A stretch of 63,969 nucleotides of DNA, filler included, from Ministeria vibrans ATCC 50519 (taxonomy: Eukaryota > Protista > Filasterea), in the NCBI GenBank assembly GCA_943704425.1. It is 6 parts of 6 records of this genome, joined end to end, with 100 filler letters (N's around TTAATTAATTAA, not from the genome) between each part and the next. Parts side by side here need not be neighbours in the genome. Positions count along the whole stretch, not along the records: positions 33,457 to 61,018 come from CALSCP010000978.1; 5 more parts are not named here. One strand, given 5' to 3'. The first letter of the stretch is position 1. Each line of letters begins with the position of its first letter. Below are positions 39,343 through 51,673 of the stretch, one piece after another. A model generated the notes under the pieces. It was not told where the DNA came from. It worked only from the letters and a program-made list of their open reading frames with translations, and did no database searches. The translations under genes were made by a program, and so were the position numbers.

Positions 39343-40349
39343 TCACTTGTCCTCTTTCTTCTCCTTCTTCTCCTGCTCCTCTTCTTCCTCTTCCTCCTCT
39401 TCGTCATCGTCATCATTGTCTTCTTCTTCTTCCGACTCGGATTCACTCTCAAATGCTCTTCTTGCATAATTCGGATTGTGTCGGTTGTGCGATTGTTTCT
39501 TCGTCCTTCGCTCTTCCCCTTCGTCCACATCCGAATCGCTTTCGTCACTCTCACTCGACGGAAGCATCGACCGTTTCTGCTCCGCCTTTGCGTCAAACTC
39601 CGATGGCCTAAACCAAACAAGTGAGAAGACAATTCCACAGTTTCCATCTCAGACTCACCACACTTTCGCCTCTTTCAACTCCTACCAACACAACAACAAC
39701 AACACGTATCAGAATCAGGGACACACAGTCTCCGTAAATATCCCCCCTCTCCCCCTCTCTCACACTACCTTGATCTGTTCCTTGTGCAGAATGTGTGTGA
39801 TCTCCCCCTGCACACGCAGGTCCAGCTTCTCTGCATCCTCAAGCCGCTGCACAATGACAAAGTCGCCACGCTTCACCCAGACGCGCTTGCGAAACTTGGT
39901 CGGCATCATGCAGAGTAGAGGCGAGCCGTCCGGCAGCTTGACTGTGTGCAGGTTGTTGCCCTGAGCCGCAACAATCTGTAGAGAGACAGAGAAACAGAGA
40001 GACAGAGAGACAGAGAGACAGAGAGACAGAGAGACAAAGAGACAGAGAGACAGAGAGACAGAGAGACAGAGAGACAGAGAGACAGAGAGACAAAGAGACA
40101 GAGAGACAGAGAGACAGAGAGACAGAGAGACAGAGAGACAGAGAGAGAGAGAGAGAGGNNNNNNNCTAGATCGTTTTCTCTTGCTTCTCTTGGTCAGGCC
40201 GCCCCACGCTGAGCCTGAGAGTGGCGCATTGTCCGTTTTGCGCAATACATTTTTTTTACCTTGACAACAAATGTGCGAATTGAATCGGGATGTGGGAGTT
40301 CCGTCGCGAGGTCTCGGCGCACTTGCTTCTCCTGCTTGATTGTGGACAT
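39343..40349 (-). CDS. EIF1AD: eIF1A domain-containing protein
   Basis: GNNLHTV, MPTKFRKRVWVKRGDFVIV, GEITHIL, VWPSEF, acidic tail. Confidence 0.9.
39978..40158. repeat. (GACAGAGA)n intronic repeat
   Basis: Directly visible; pyrimidine-rich on the EIF1AD sense strand. Confidence 0.85.
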
Positions 40350-40489
40350 GACAAAAACGAAAGAACCAACTAAAAATTTGAATTATGAACGTGACTTGAG
40401 AATAATTATGATTCACTGATCACTGATCACTGTGACGGTCTGAACTCTGTCCTCTGACATTCTCTTTTTGATCCCTCCTGCCTGTTTCA

Positions 40490-40960
40490 ATGTCTGCGCC
40501 CCCGCCCAAGCCAGCAAAGGTGCAGTTCTGCACTCTTTGTCCTTATCTGATCTTTCGAACTTTTGCATTTTTCAGCTAAACTATGTGGATGTGAACATTG
40601 TCAACACGGACGACCTGGAGGCGCTCCGTGCCGAGTACCAGGCACGCATGCGGGACACGCCGCTGACCTACGGGGCCTCTGAGCCCGCAATGCCCGTTCT
40701 AGTATGTGTTTTTCCTTTTTGTCCTGTCGTCTAAACCCCACTCCACACCCCGTCCCCGTCCCCTCCGCCCTGCCTGCGCCCCTCTGACCCCTCCCGCCCC
40801 CCTCCCCAGACGCTTGTCGATGGCGTTGACGATGTCGATCCGCAGTCGCAAATGGCAACGCGTCGCGACGACCGCTGCCCCTCCCTCGAAGACCTCGAGC
40901 GTGCCCGTCGCATGGCTCTCGACGCCGTCAGCGACTTTGATCTCGTTGTTGGAGTATACC

Positions 40961-41000
<40 letters not shown>

Positions 41001-42843
41001 AAAAACAAAAAAAAACAAAAAAAAATTTTACTGAACTTTTCGTTTTATTTTTCTCTCTCTCTCTTTCTTTGCGCAGAAGGTGGATGAGATTGGCACGGAG
41101 AAGGCGGTGCCGCTCAAGCAGCATCGTCTGGTGCGGCAGAAGGGCGCGTCCGAAGCGCCCACGGCAGCAGACACGGAGATGGCCCGACAGCGCGCAGCCG
41201 CCGCCATGATGGCCTTTGACGTCCACTCCACGCACGACCAGCCGCCCTTGCCGCGCCCTCCCGCCTCCCACGACATCCCCAGCAGCCCCAGCAACCCCAA
41301 CGACGACAAAGACGACGAGCGCCCCCCGCCCGTTGCCGCACGCCGGTCCGTCGCTCCCCCTCTAGCAGCAGCTCCACCAGCACCAGCACCAGCACCAGCA
41401 GCACCAGCACCAGCAGCGCAAAAGCCTGTCAAGCCTGTCAAACCTAAACTGCTTGCAGTCGACGGTGGGCGTCGCCACAAACGTCCGCCTGCGCGTCCCC
41501 TCTCCTCCATTGCCCAGGCACTGCCCAACATCCGTCAGATTCGCGCCCGCTGGCACACCATCGAAGAAGATGTCATTGAAGAGAAACGTGAAGAAGCAGA
41601 ATTGGGTAAAATCACAAATGCAAGAGCAAAGCACCACGCAAATCTCATCTGCTTTTCTTTATTTGCACAGTGGTGCGACGAACACTGAAACGACAAGAGA
41701 CGCTGCAGAAGCGCGAACGGTTGATTGAGGAGCGGAAAAAGCGTCAGAAGGAAGTGCGAAATGTGGTGCAAGAGACGGCAGAGCAGGCACGACAGAGAGC
41801 GATTGAGGACCGACAGTGGGCGGAACAGGAGGCAAAGTGGCAAGAGGAAGACCGATTGGCGCGGCTGAAGGAGAAGGCGCGTGCGAGGAATCGCCTTCCG
41901 TCATACATTGCACGTGACGAGGATATGGCTCGGGCGCTGGCGGCCGAAGAGGAAGGGGCTCGCGTGGCGGCCGAGCAGGAAACAATGCGCAAGGTGTCCA
42001 ATGACGCACTTAGTGCACTGCGCGAAGAGCAGATTGAGACGGACCACCAGTTGGCAATGCGTCTCGCGAAGCTACTGGAGACCAAAGACAATGTGGTGTC
42101 CGCTGAGGCGCTCATGGACGATGAAGAGTTTGCACTCATTATGGCTCGAGAGACTGGTTCGTTTTGCACGTGTGTGTGTGTGTCTGAGTCTGTGCTCATT
42201 CCCTTTTTTTTTGTTTCAGGTGTGATTGATATGAGTTCGGTAGTTGAAGCTGATTTGGCACTGGCAAAACAGCTCACAATGGAGGAGATATCTGAACTTG
42301 AGAATGCAGAGCAGCGCCGAAGAGTTATGGAAGCGAGCGATCTGCTGTACGCACAGAATCTTTATGAGGAAGAGGTACAGTGCAGAGTAATATAATACAT
42401 GTGAACTTTTGATGTAACTATGGTGTGTGTGTGTGTGTGTGTGTGTGTAGTTGCGACGGACACAGCGCGGACGGGGTGGGCGTGGACGAAGTGGGCGTGG
42501 CAGAGGACGGGGAGGAGGTGGTGGGGGGAGACCCAGAGCTCCTAGTGAGGACGATGCTCCTCCTCCTGTTCTGCCGCGTGGCTCGTCTCTTGCCTCTCCT
42601 GTTGCTGCGACTGGCCCCCCTCCGCCGTTGCGCACTGTCTCCCAAGAGCTCACTGAAGACGACTTTGCCGAAATGGACCATATCCAGGCACAACTGCGCT
42701 CACTCACCCAACCCACTTCCACCGGTCCTCCTCAAGCTCATCGCTTCACCCGTCTCATTGGTGCAGAAAGCGACGAGGAAGACGATGCCCCGCCGATTCC
42801 TCCACCGTCCCTGCACCGCTCTTCTTCTCTCAATCGCCACTAA
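40490..42843 (+). CDS. Uncharacterised coiled-coil protein with repeated MIU-like motifs, an RGG box and proline-rich segments
   Basis: 7 exons joined in frame by GT-AG introns; DEDMARALAAEEE, DHQLAMRL, DEEFALIM, DLALAKQLTMEE, DLLYAQNLYEEE; RGRGGRGRSGRGRGRGG. Confidence 0.65.
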
Positions 42844-42959
42844 CAATTCACTAGTAATCAAGATTATTATTATTGTTATTACTATGACTATTATTAATGA
42901 ACCACACTTTGTGCTTTCTCACACTCCACACTTCCACACACACTTTCTTATACTTTTTT

Positions 42960-44742
42960 TTACTGCTGTGCGCACTGTTGTTCGTCATTTTCAGCCGCAC
43001 TCACTCGAATCACCTTTGCGCGTCTCTTTCCCACCGGCTCAACACTTACAGAGACACCTTCCTCCTTCTGAGCCATTCTTACTTCTTTTTCTTCTTCCAT
43101 CACTACATTCTCCTTCTCCTCCACTGTCTCCTTCCTCTTCTTCTCTTCGTCCTCCTCCTTCATCTTCTTCTTCCTCTCCTGCGTTTCGCTCATCTCCTTT
43201 CGCAACACCCCCTCATTCTTCATCCCCCTCTTCTTCTTCCCGTTTACACTCACACCCCGCAGCTCCTCCTCCAACTCCTTCACTCGCTCGTGCAACTCCC
43301 CATTGACACGCTCGCCCTCCCCAACCGTCTCCTCCAGCTCATCGATCCGCACCCGTGCCTGTGTGCTCTCCCCAATCACTCGCTCCAGTTGCGCCTCCGT
43401 TCCATACAGCCTTCGCTCGATTCCTCGCATCTTATCTGCTTCGCTCGCTTGCACGAGGCATCGCGTCCGCAGCTCCTCCCGCGTCTGCTGCAGCTCAATG
43501 CGCAGTGCCTCACTCTCACTCTGCAGATAGTCCAAGTACGCTCCTTCTCCATTCTTATCCCCTTCTCCACCACCTTGGTGGTGTGCACTGTGCAACCGAC
43601 TCTCCAAATCCGCCACTTTCCGCTCGCTCTGACGCAGCTGCGACATAAGTTTTTGAGCGTCTCCGCGTGCCTGACTCACTGCCGCCTCCAGTCGCCCCAC
43701 ACGCGCCACATCCGCTGCCCCGCCATTGGTTCCGTTGCACTGCAGCGACATTGCCACGCGTGCCCGTAGTTGTCGCTCCCGTCCCCGCGACTGGTTCAAT
43801 GCCCGCTGCGCCGCTCCAAACCGCACTTGAAGGCCCAGTAGTTCGCGTTCCATCGCCGCCCGCTGATCGTCCAGCTCGGCAAACAGTCCTCCGCCGCCAC
43901 CGCCACCGCCCAGTCCGCCTCCGCTTCCTCCTAGTCCTCCGCCGCCCATCAGCTGCAACTCTTCTACTTCGTTCTTTAGCTCTTCAATGCGCGCTCGGCT
44001 CGACATGAGCGACTCCTTCATCTCTGCCACTTGCTCTGTAGCATCGCGTGCCATCTGCTGAGCACTCGCCAATGACGTCTCGGCTGTCTCACGTGCCCCC
44101 TGCGCCACCGCAAGCTCGTCCTCGAGTTGCACCACGCGCTCTTCCAGTGTCTCAAGACGCTCCTGCATGCGGGTACGCTCTTGCTGACGTGCCGCCGCCT
44201 CGTTCTTTCGCGCCAGGTCGTCGTCCTCGTCCGCCTCCTCAATGAACCCTTCGACGCGTCGCAGCAGCCGTCGCTGTTCCGCCGCGTGCAGCTCCAGCCG
44301 AGACACTTTACCCTCAAGCAGAGCCTTCACTTCGCGCTCCTGGGCAAGCTCGGCACGCACCGTCTCCGTCTCAGCCGCCGCCCGGTTCCGCTCCCGCACA
44401 TCGTCCCGCGACCGCTCTTCGTAGCGCTGCTTCTGTCGCTCCAATCGGTCCGTCCAAGCCTTCTCGTCGCGCTCACTGTCTCGTTCCAGTGACTCGCAGT
44501 GGTGTTCAAGCGTCTCCTTCTCGCGGCGCAGGTCGTGGTTCTCCTGCTCGAGTTGCTGAAACAAGTTATTGTGAATTTTGAGTGTTTTCAAAAAAATGTG
44601 TTTTCAAATGTGACGTTTTTAGGGGGGATGCGCTACAAGGCGCCCAATGATGGGGTATAAAAATGATTTCGTGGCGTCATCGACGGGACTGGAAATGAGG
44701 CGTAGGCAGGAAAACCACAGATGTGGAAAAGTTCAAAAATAT

Positions 44743-44782
<40 letters not shown>

Positions 44783-45027
44783 GGACGGATTTTTAAGGCC
44801 ATTTGGGCTTGGCAATACGCATATCGGAGTGTCCATACCTCCACACGATTGGTGTTCTCGGCCATGGCCACGCTGTAGTCGCTTTCGAGTTTGCCATTTT
44901 GTTCCAGTAACGCTTTGCCGATTTCCGCAGACAATTTCAAATTGTTTTCAGCCTGTTCAAGCTGCGTGTACACCTCGGAGAGCTGCGCTCGCAGCACATC
45001 TTCAGCGGAGGTTATTTCCTCGGACAT
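42960..45027 (-). CDS. SPDL1: Spindly-like dynein-dynactin activating adaptor
   Basis: CC1 box LKLSAEIGKALLEQN, long coiled coil, Spindly motif GLFAELDDQR, C-terminal CaaX CAQQ. Confidence 0.8.
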
Positions 45028-45628
45028 GGGCGAAAGGGATTGAGGAATAAAACAAACGAAAATAACTACAAGATGATTAATAATTATTAGTTTATGCGTT
45101 TGTGTCTTGTGATGTGATTGTGATCGTGTTGTGATCACATTGTGATCCACTTACTTACTTGTAATCTACTCGGATGACTCGCGGAATAACTCAAAGCACG
45201 TCAGAAATGTAAAATGTTGATGAATTAGGATTCAGGACAGACAGGAATCACTTGAATGACGAGTCATGAGTGCGTTGAATGGACTACATTCGGCCTAGCT
45301 TACCAGTTACAAGTAAGTAACTTACCACTCTGCTGTCAGTCTGTCTGTCCCTGTCCACCGGGCTGTAAGTTACCACCGAGCGCAACCCTGACATTCTTAC
45401 ATTTCATAGTCCATAGACACTTTTTGTCATTTTGGCCAATGGTATTTTTCCATAAATTAATAACGTCTTTCTATTCACAAGCAAGATTTTTTTTCAGGAA
45501 CCGCAACAAAAAAATATCAAGGGAATATTATTATAATATTAAAACAAAATACAAATCTTTTCCGCCTCCCTCTCTGCTTCTTCAGCGACGCACCTCGACG
45601 CGTGTCTTGATCCCCAACACAGCCGGCG

Positions 45629-46767
45629 ATGCCCCTGACAACCCTCCCCCTTCTCCTCCTCTGCGCGATCACTGCGTCCGCCTCAAACCTAGTCAACATC
45701 ACCACGGCAGCAGGAGACGGTATGCGCCCACTGGCCCCGCCCCATTCCCCTTCCACACCCCACAGTTCATTGCCATCCGTTTCCATCAGCCGTCAATCTC
45801 TGTCATAATCCTCCAATCGCCATCGCGCAATTTTCAAAAATTCAAAAAAAATTCAAAAATCTCTCACCTCGTCAGTTCTACCCTTTACGCTCATGCTACC
45901 CCCCGTGTCTTCCCCTGATGCAATAGGAGTGCTGTCGACGTTCAACGATGGCGTGCCCGCCCTCGAGGCGCACCTGTCGCTTCCTGGCTTTGTCGCACCC
46001 TCCGCCGATGGCCGCAGCTTTTTCATTTCCGATTCGGTGCTCATGCGTGTCCTATGGGCGCGCGAAAACGGCACGCTGACGACCATTGCAGGAACGGGGG
46101 TGCCTGGATTCTCCGGGGACGGCGGGGACGCTCGCCAGGCGCGTCTCAGCCAGCCAGCGGGCATTGCCGTGCTGCCTGACTCGCACGACCTCCTCGTGTG
46201 CGATCGCGGCAACCGTCGCATCCGCCGCATCCACAGCGCCTCGGGTAACATCTCCAGTGTCACCGGCGCCGTCTTCTTCTCGCCCCATGACATCGCTGTG
46301 CTTCCTGCTGCGCCGTTTCTGACAGCCTTTGTGGCAGACACAGGGGCAAACCGCATCTACCAGGTGAGCCTTGTGGACGGCTCCATTGTCCCCTTTGCCG
46401 GGACTGGCGCAGCCTCTTCGGGTGCCGACAACCTTCCCGCACTGCTGTCGGGTCTGCGGGGTCCCGCCGGTATCGCTGCTACAGCCTCGCACGTCTACGT
46501 GAGCGACTCGACGCACCGGGTGCGTGCCATCAACCTGAACACCCGCACAATCACCACTGTCGCCGGAATGGTGAATCAACTCGGCTATTCGCCAGCACAC
46601 GAGCTGGCACTGGCTACTTCGGCCACCCTAAACAGCCCTGTGGGTCTCACAACAGACGTTACCAATCAACTTTTGGTCATTGCCGATCTGGGCAACTTCC
46701 GAGTACGCCAAGTCAATCTCACAACGGGCCTGATCAGCACCATCACTGGTCAAGGCTCCTATGGTAA

Positions 46768-46824
<57 letters not shown>

Positions 46825-49800
46825 TATAATAAATACACACACACACATCCCATTTGTCTCAACCAATTGTACACTACTTTTTAGCTGGAACAAGTGGCGA
46901 GGGCGATGGAGGAGCAGCGTCGTTAGCTGGGCTGCGCTTGGTATTTGATGTTGCGTTTGATACGGTGCGCACGGGCGATTTGTTTGTCGCGGACCAGTCG
47001 GACCGTCGTGTGCGGCGTGTGTTGCAGTCGTGCCCAGCCGAGTGGATGGGTCCACTCTGTGCGGATCGCATTGACCTGTGTGAGTCGTCGCCATGTGCCA
47101 ATGGTGCACAGTGCGCTATGGATTCGGTGGTGTTTGCGCCGGTGTGCGTGTGTCCAGTGGGCTGGACAGGAAAGTACTGCGACCAAGAAGAGTTGATCGT
47201 GACGGGCGGGTCGAGTGTGAGCAGCGGTGGGCTTACAACGGGTGCAGTGGTGGGAGTCATTGCGGTGTGTGTGCTGCTTCTGCTGGTGCTCGTGCTGGTC
47301 TACCGCCGTCGCCAGTCGCGTCGGGTCAAAGACGGCGTCGATGAAGAAGACTTGGAAAACGGCATGGTACGCAAGTCGTCGTCGCTGTACCGACGAGGGG
47401 CAAATGGACAGTGGACAGAAGATGAAGTGGAGCAGCTCAAAGCGGGATCACAGGCACCGGGACGGTACGGGGTGACGGGGGACGCAGTGAAGCATAAGAC
47501 GGTGGCGGGCATTGAGACACCGCAGCACTTGCAAAACGGCATGGCGACGTGGATGGACGCCATCGGCCACAGCACACCCAAATCGGAACAACAGTTCTCA
47601 CCCGTTGCAGTGCGCACACAGGCACACGCCTCTGCTCGCTATCCCATCGAGTTCCGTCTGCCCTCCATCAAAACCGACAAAGTGCGCCCACTTGCATCGG
47701 GCCACAAGCGCACCCGTGCCTCCATCGTGCGCCACGAAGGTCTTGAGGCAGCTCCCGTGCCTCTTCCTGCCTCCCCTGCCACCACCAGTGCTATGAGCGC
47801 TCTTTGCCCCCACCCACCTCAGCCCAGCGACGCTCTCCTTTACGACACGCCCGAGCACCAGAACCGCGCTGCAGTCGTCGTCGAGATGAACAACGTCCCA
47901 CTCAACGAAACAGAAGATGCTCACACAGCAACTGCAATAACAGCAACCACCGGTGTGCGTCGGTTTGCCACCATGGCCCGTCGCACTCTCTTTAATGCGC
48001 GCAACGCACTCACTCCGCGCTTCTTCCGCGCACATGATGCAGTCCAGGATGACTTTGAGCCCACAGCAACTGTCTCGTCTCAGATTGCTGCAGCCGAGCG
48101 GGGTGTTGAGGCCATCAAGATGGACGCGACCATCGACGCCATGGTCCACGCCGCGCGCGTGCGTGACGTTCAGTCTCAACAGCAGTCTCAACGACCCCGC
48201 CACTTTAGCGTCCTCCAGCAACAGCAACAGCCGCGACGCGTGCGGCAAGTCCACTCACAGGGCAGTCTCGGGGGCGAAGTGCATCAGTTCAACCGCAGTG
48301 GAGGCAGCGATGACCACCTCAATGCACACACAACACTCATTGCCGACCAAGTGTACGACGTGTCGCTGCCCAACAGCGTTGACGACTCCACCACCCATAA
48401 CCACAACGACAACTCCATCAGCGCACTCGGTCGCAACTACTCCTCCGACATCTCCGTCCCGTCCACCCCACTCAACTACCCAGTGCCCCGCCAGTCCCTC
48501 TCCGTCGTGTACTCCCCAGCCGCAGCCGAAGAGGACAGCGTCGAGTACCCAACGACCCAGGGCCACTTTGTCGACAGTCCCAGTGGCTACTACGCAGCCG
48601 TCAAGCCCACCGCCACTGCATGTCTCCGCTCTCGCCAGACCAGTCCTGAGCACACTGCTGCTGCGGCCGCCGCCCTCCCCGAGTACGCACCCATCCTCCA
48701 ACCCGCAGGTCCACGCTATGCCCAAGTGCAGTTTGCCGAAAACAAGAGCAGTTCAATCGACGACGAAAACGACGACGACTACGAAGACTGCGACGAGAAA
48801 AACCCCCACGACAATACAGTCTCATCGGCCAATGGCACGACAGGCGACGAGACGCCCAGTTGCATTTCGTCGCTCAACAACCTGAGTGGCTCGCTGCGTG
48901 GTGCCCCTTCGCGCTCTCTCCACTCCTCGTGCGCGCTCACTCCGCCTCGACCAATGGGCTCCCTTGACCCGTCTCCTCCCCAGTCACCTGCCGGTGGACC
49001 ACCCACCCCTCCGCCGCTGCCCACTCCCTTCAAGGAACCCTCTCCCCTTGTTTTTATGCGTCGCAACAAAAATGAGGGCGGCGAAGAGCAACAGGAGAAA
49101 AAGTCCAAGGCACTCACGCCCCGTCGCGAACTCAAAATGCTCTTTGACCAACGTCGTCGCGCCGTCTCCGGCACACCTTCCACACAATCGGCAACGGAGC
49201 GCGTGCAAGCTATCCTCAAAAACCGCCCTCCCACTCCACCCTCCCCCACTGTCTACACCACCACCACCACTACCACTACCACTCCCACTGCCACTGCCAC
49301 TGCAACAGCCCATATGCCCATGCCGACCTCTCCGCCTCTCGCTCCCTTAGTTCTCTTTGACCCGTCTGGCCCTCCTCCTCCGCCCCCTCCACCTCCTGCG
49401 CCCATTGACATTCACGAACCCAAACGCATTGTTGTCAAAAAACGCGTCTCGTCCAAGTCCAAAAAGTTTCACAAGACCACCACCACCACTGTCCATCGCG
49501 GACCGTCCAAGGGAAGTCTTGCGGCACAAGCCGCTGCAATGGCTCTCAAGCGACGAGAAAAAACCGCTTCCACCACCACCGTGTCGCCACGCTCAGCTCA
49601 CGCGGCACGCAAACAGGCTGAGGCAGTCAAGCGCCGCTCACCACCAAAACTCACCAAGACAGTCGGAGCACACGTCAACCCCTTACGCCTGCAAGAATGG
49701 CGCAAAGACGCCGAAAACACCCGCAAAACGTCACCACTTGTCCCACAACACTACAAAAAGAAGCCAGTCAAGGCACTTCCGCCCCGCAAGGCTGTGCACC

Positions 49801-49973
49801 ACACAGCCACTCCCGCACGCGGAGCTATCGCAGCTTTTGTTGGCAAAGAAAACGGCCCCGCCCCTCACCCCCACACCTACGAGAGCTCCAGTGGCGCTGA
49901 CCCCGCCACTCCCATCACAAACCTTGTGAGACTCATTGAGTCAAACGCACTCTTGAACTTGTCCGAGGTGTAA
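45629..49973 (+). CDS. Type-I membrane protein: signal peptide, NHL beta-propeller, EGF, TM helix, long disordered tail
   Basis: MPLTTLPLLLLCAITASA; repeats such as TIAGTGVPGFSGDGG..ARLSQPAGIAV; CESSPCANGAQC..CVCPVGWTGKYC; TM AVVGVIAVCVLLLLVLVLVY-RRR; 2 introns. Confidence 0.85.
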
Positions 49974-50153
49974 AAAGAGCAGCAGAGAGAGAGAGAGACA
50001 AAAAAGAATATTACTATTATTCCGTATTATTATTGTTCCTATGTCAAAATTAAACCAAAACACTTTCCAATAATTGTTGAACTATAAAGCTTTTTTACTC
50101 TCAAATCACACAGAAAGAAAGAACGAAGAGAAAAAGAAAAAAAAAACACACTT

Positions 50154-50228
<75 letters not shown>

Positions 50229-50312
50229 GCACACGCCACAAAACAGGCAAACGACTTAGCGACGCGCAGAAGAGACTCTAAAAGAACACAGCAAAACGAG
50301 TCAGATACACAC

Positions 50313-51604
50313 TCACTCCCAATCAACCACAGTGGCGTACAGGTAATTGATGTATGCCTTCATCTTCTTGGCAATCTCCAACACTTTGGTGGTCTCAAAC
50401 GACACGCTTGTTCCGTCGTCCAGAATCAGTTTGTACGTGTTGATGACGGGTGCACCGAAAGACAGAATCTATAGTGTGTCAAGTGTCAGAAACCAAATAA
50501 ATGATCACATTTTCGTTGAAAACTTACTTGCTGGTACGACCATTCAACAATAGGCTCACGGTCACCCCGTGAAAACACAGCAACACCACTACGGCCCACA
50601 GCAAGCCACAGCAGTCGCGGCAAACGACGGTCTTGCGCCTACACACACAAACGACACACGCGGGATCAACACACACCCATGAGAGGAAAGAGAGAAAAAG
50701 AGAGAGAGAAGGGGAAAAAAGATCACACATAACAACAGAGTCTCAGGAGAAAGATAAGAGATGAGGACACACACAGATCAACACACACTCACAAGAGAGA
50801 GAAAAGAACAAGAGTTGGACACACTCAAGAAGTAAAAAGGACACGAACAAACAAAACAAAAAAAAGTTCAAAAAAAAAGTGAGATCGACACTCAAACAAA
50901 CGTAAACTGTCAGACAAGACAAACTCGCCACGCACCTCAACATCGTAGAGGGTCGCACCATGACCCTTCCACTTGCTCACAATGGCCATGTACTGCTTGA
51001 GTGCCTCATCCATCTTCACATTCTTCATCTGCAGCCACTCGTGCCGCACCTTGTCCTTAACCAACTCAAGTGCCGCAGGGTCAAGCTCATCCTCTACACA
51101 AAAATAAATATAAGTATTAAAAATCAACGCGTCAAATCACGCCGTACGGCTGGCTGAAGGAGAGGCAGCAGCGGCGGCAGGACCCCCACGCGTGCTCAGT
51201 CGCTTGCGTAGCGTGTCCGTCATCGTCTTGCGCAGTGATTTCTTCGACGACACAGTATCCTTGTCGCTTCCACCGCGCTTCGAAGACGTCTCGTTCTCTC
51301 CGTAGATTTTGTACCCGACCGGGTAAAAATGACGAAAGTCCTTGACCTACACAATCATTATTATTAATTTTGTTGCACTTAGAAATCTATTTCACTCACC
51401 TGGTCATCAAAGGTCCCGCCAGGCTTGCAGTCACCAATCTCATACTGGATGCGCAGAGCCGCAAGCACCACCAGCTGCTTCTCGTCGGCAGGGAATCGGC
51501 CGTGGATCACCTGGTCGTGCGCCTGGGCAAACACAAAGTCTTCCTCCACCTCAAGATCAATCTCCTGCAACAACAACGCAACGTAAACACACTATTAGCC
51601 CACG

Positions 51605-51673
<69 letters not shown>

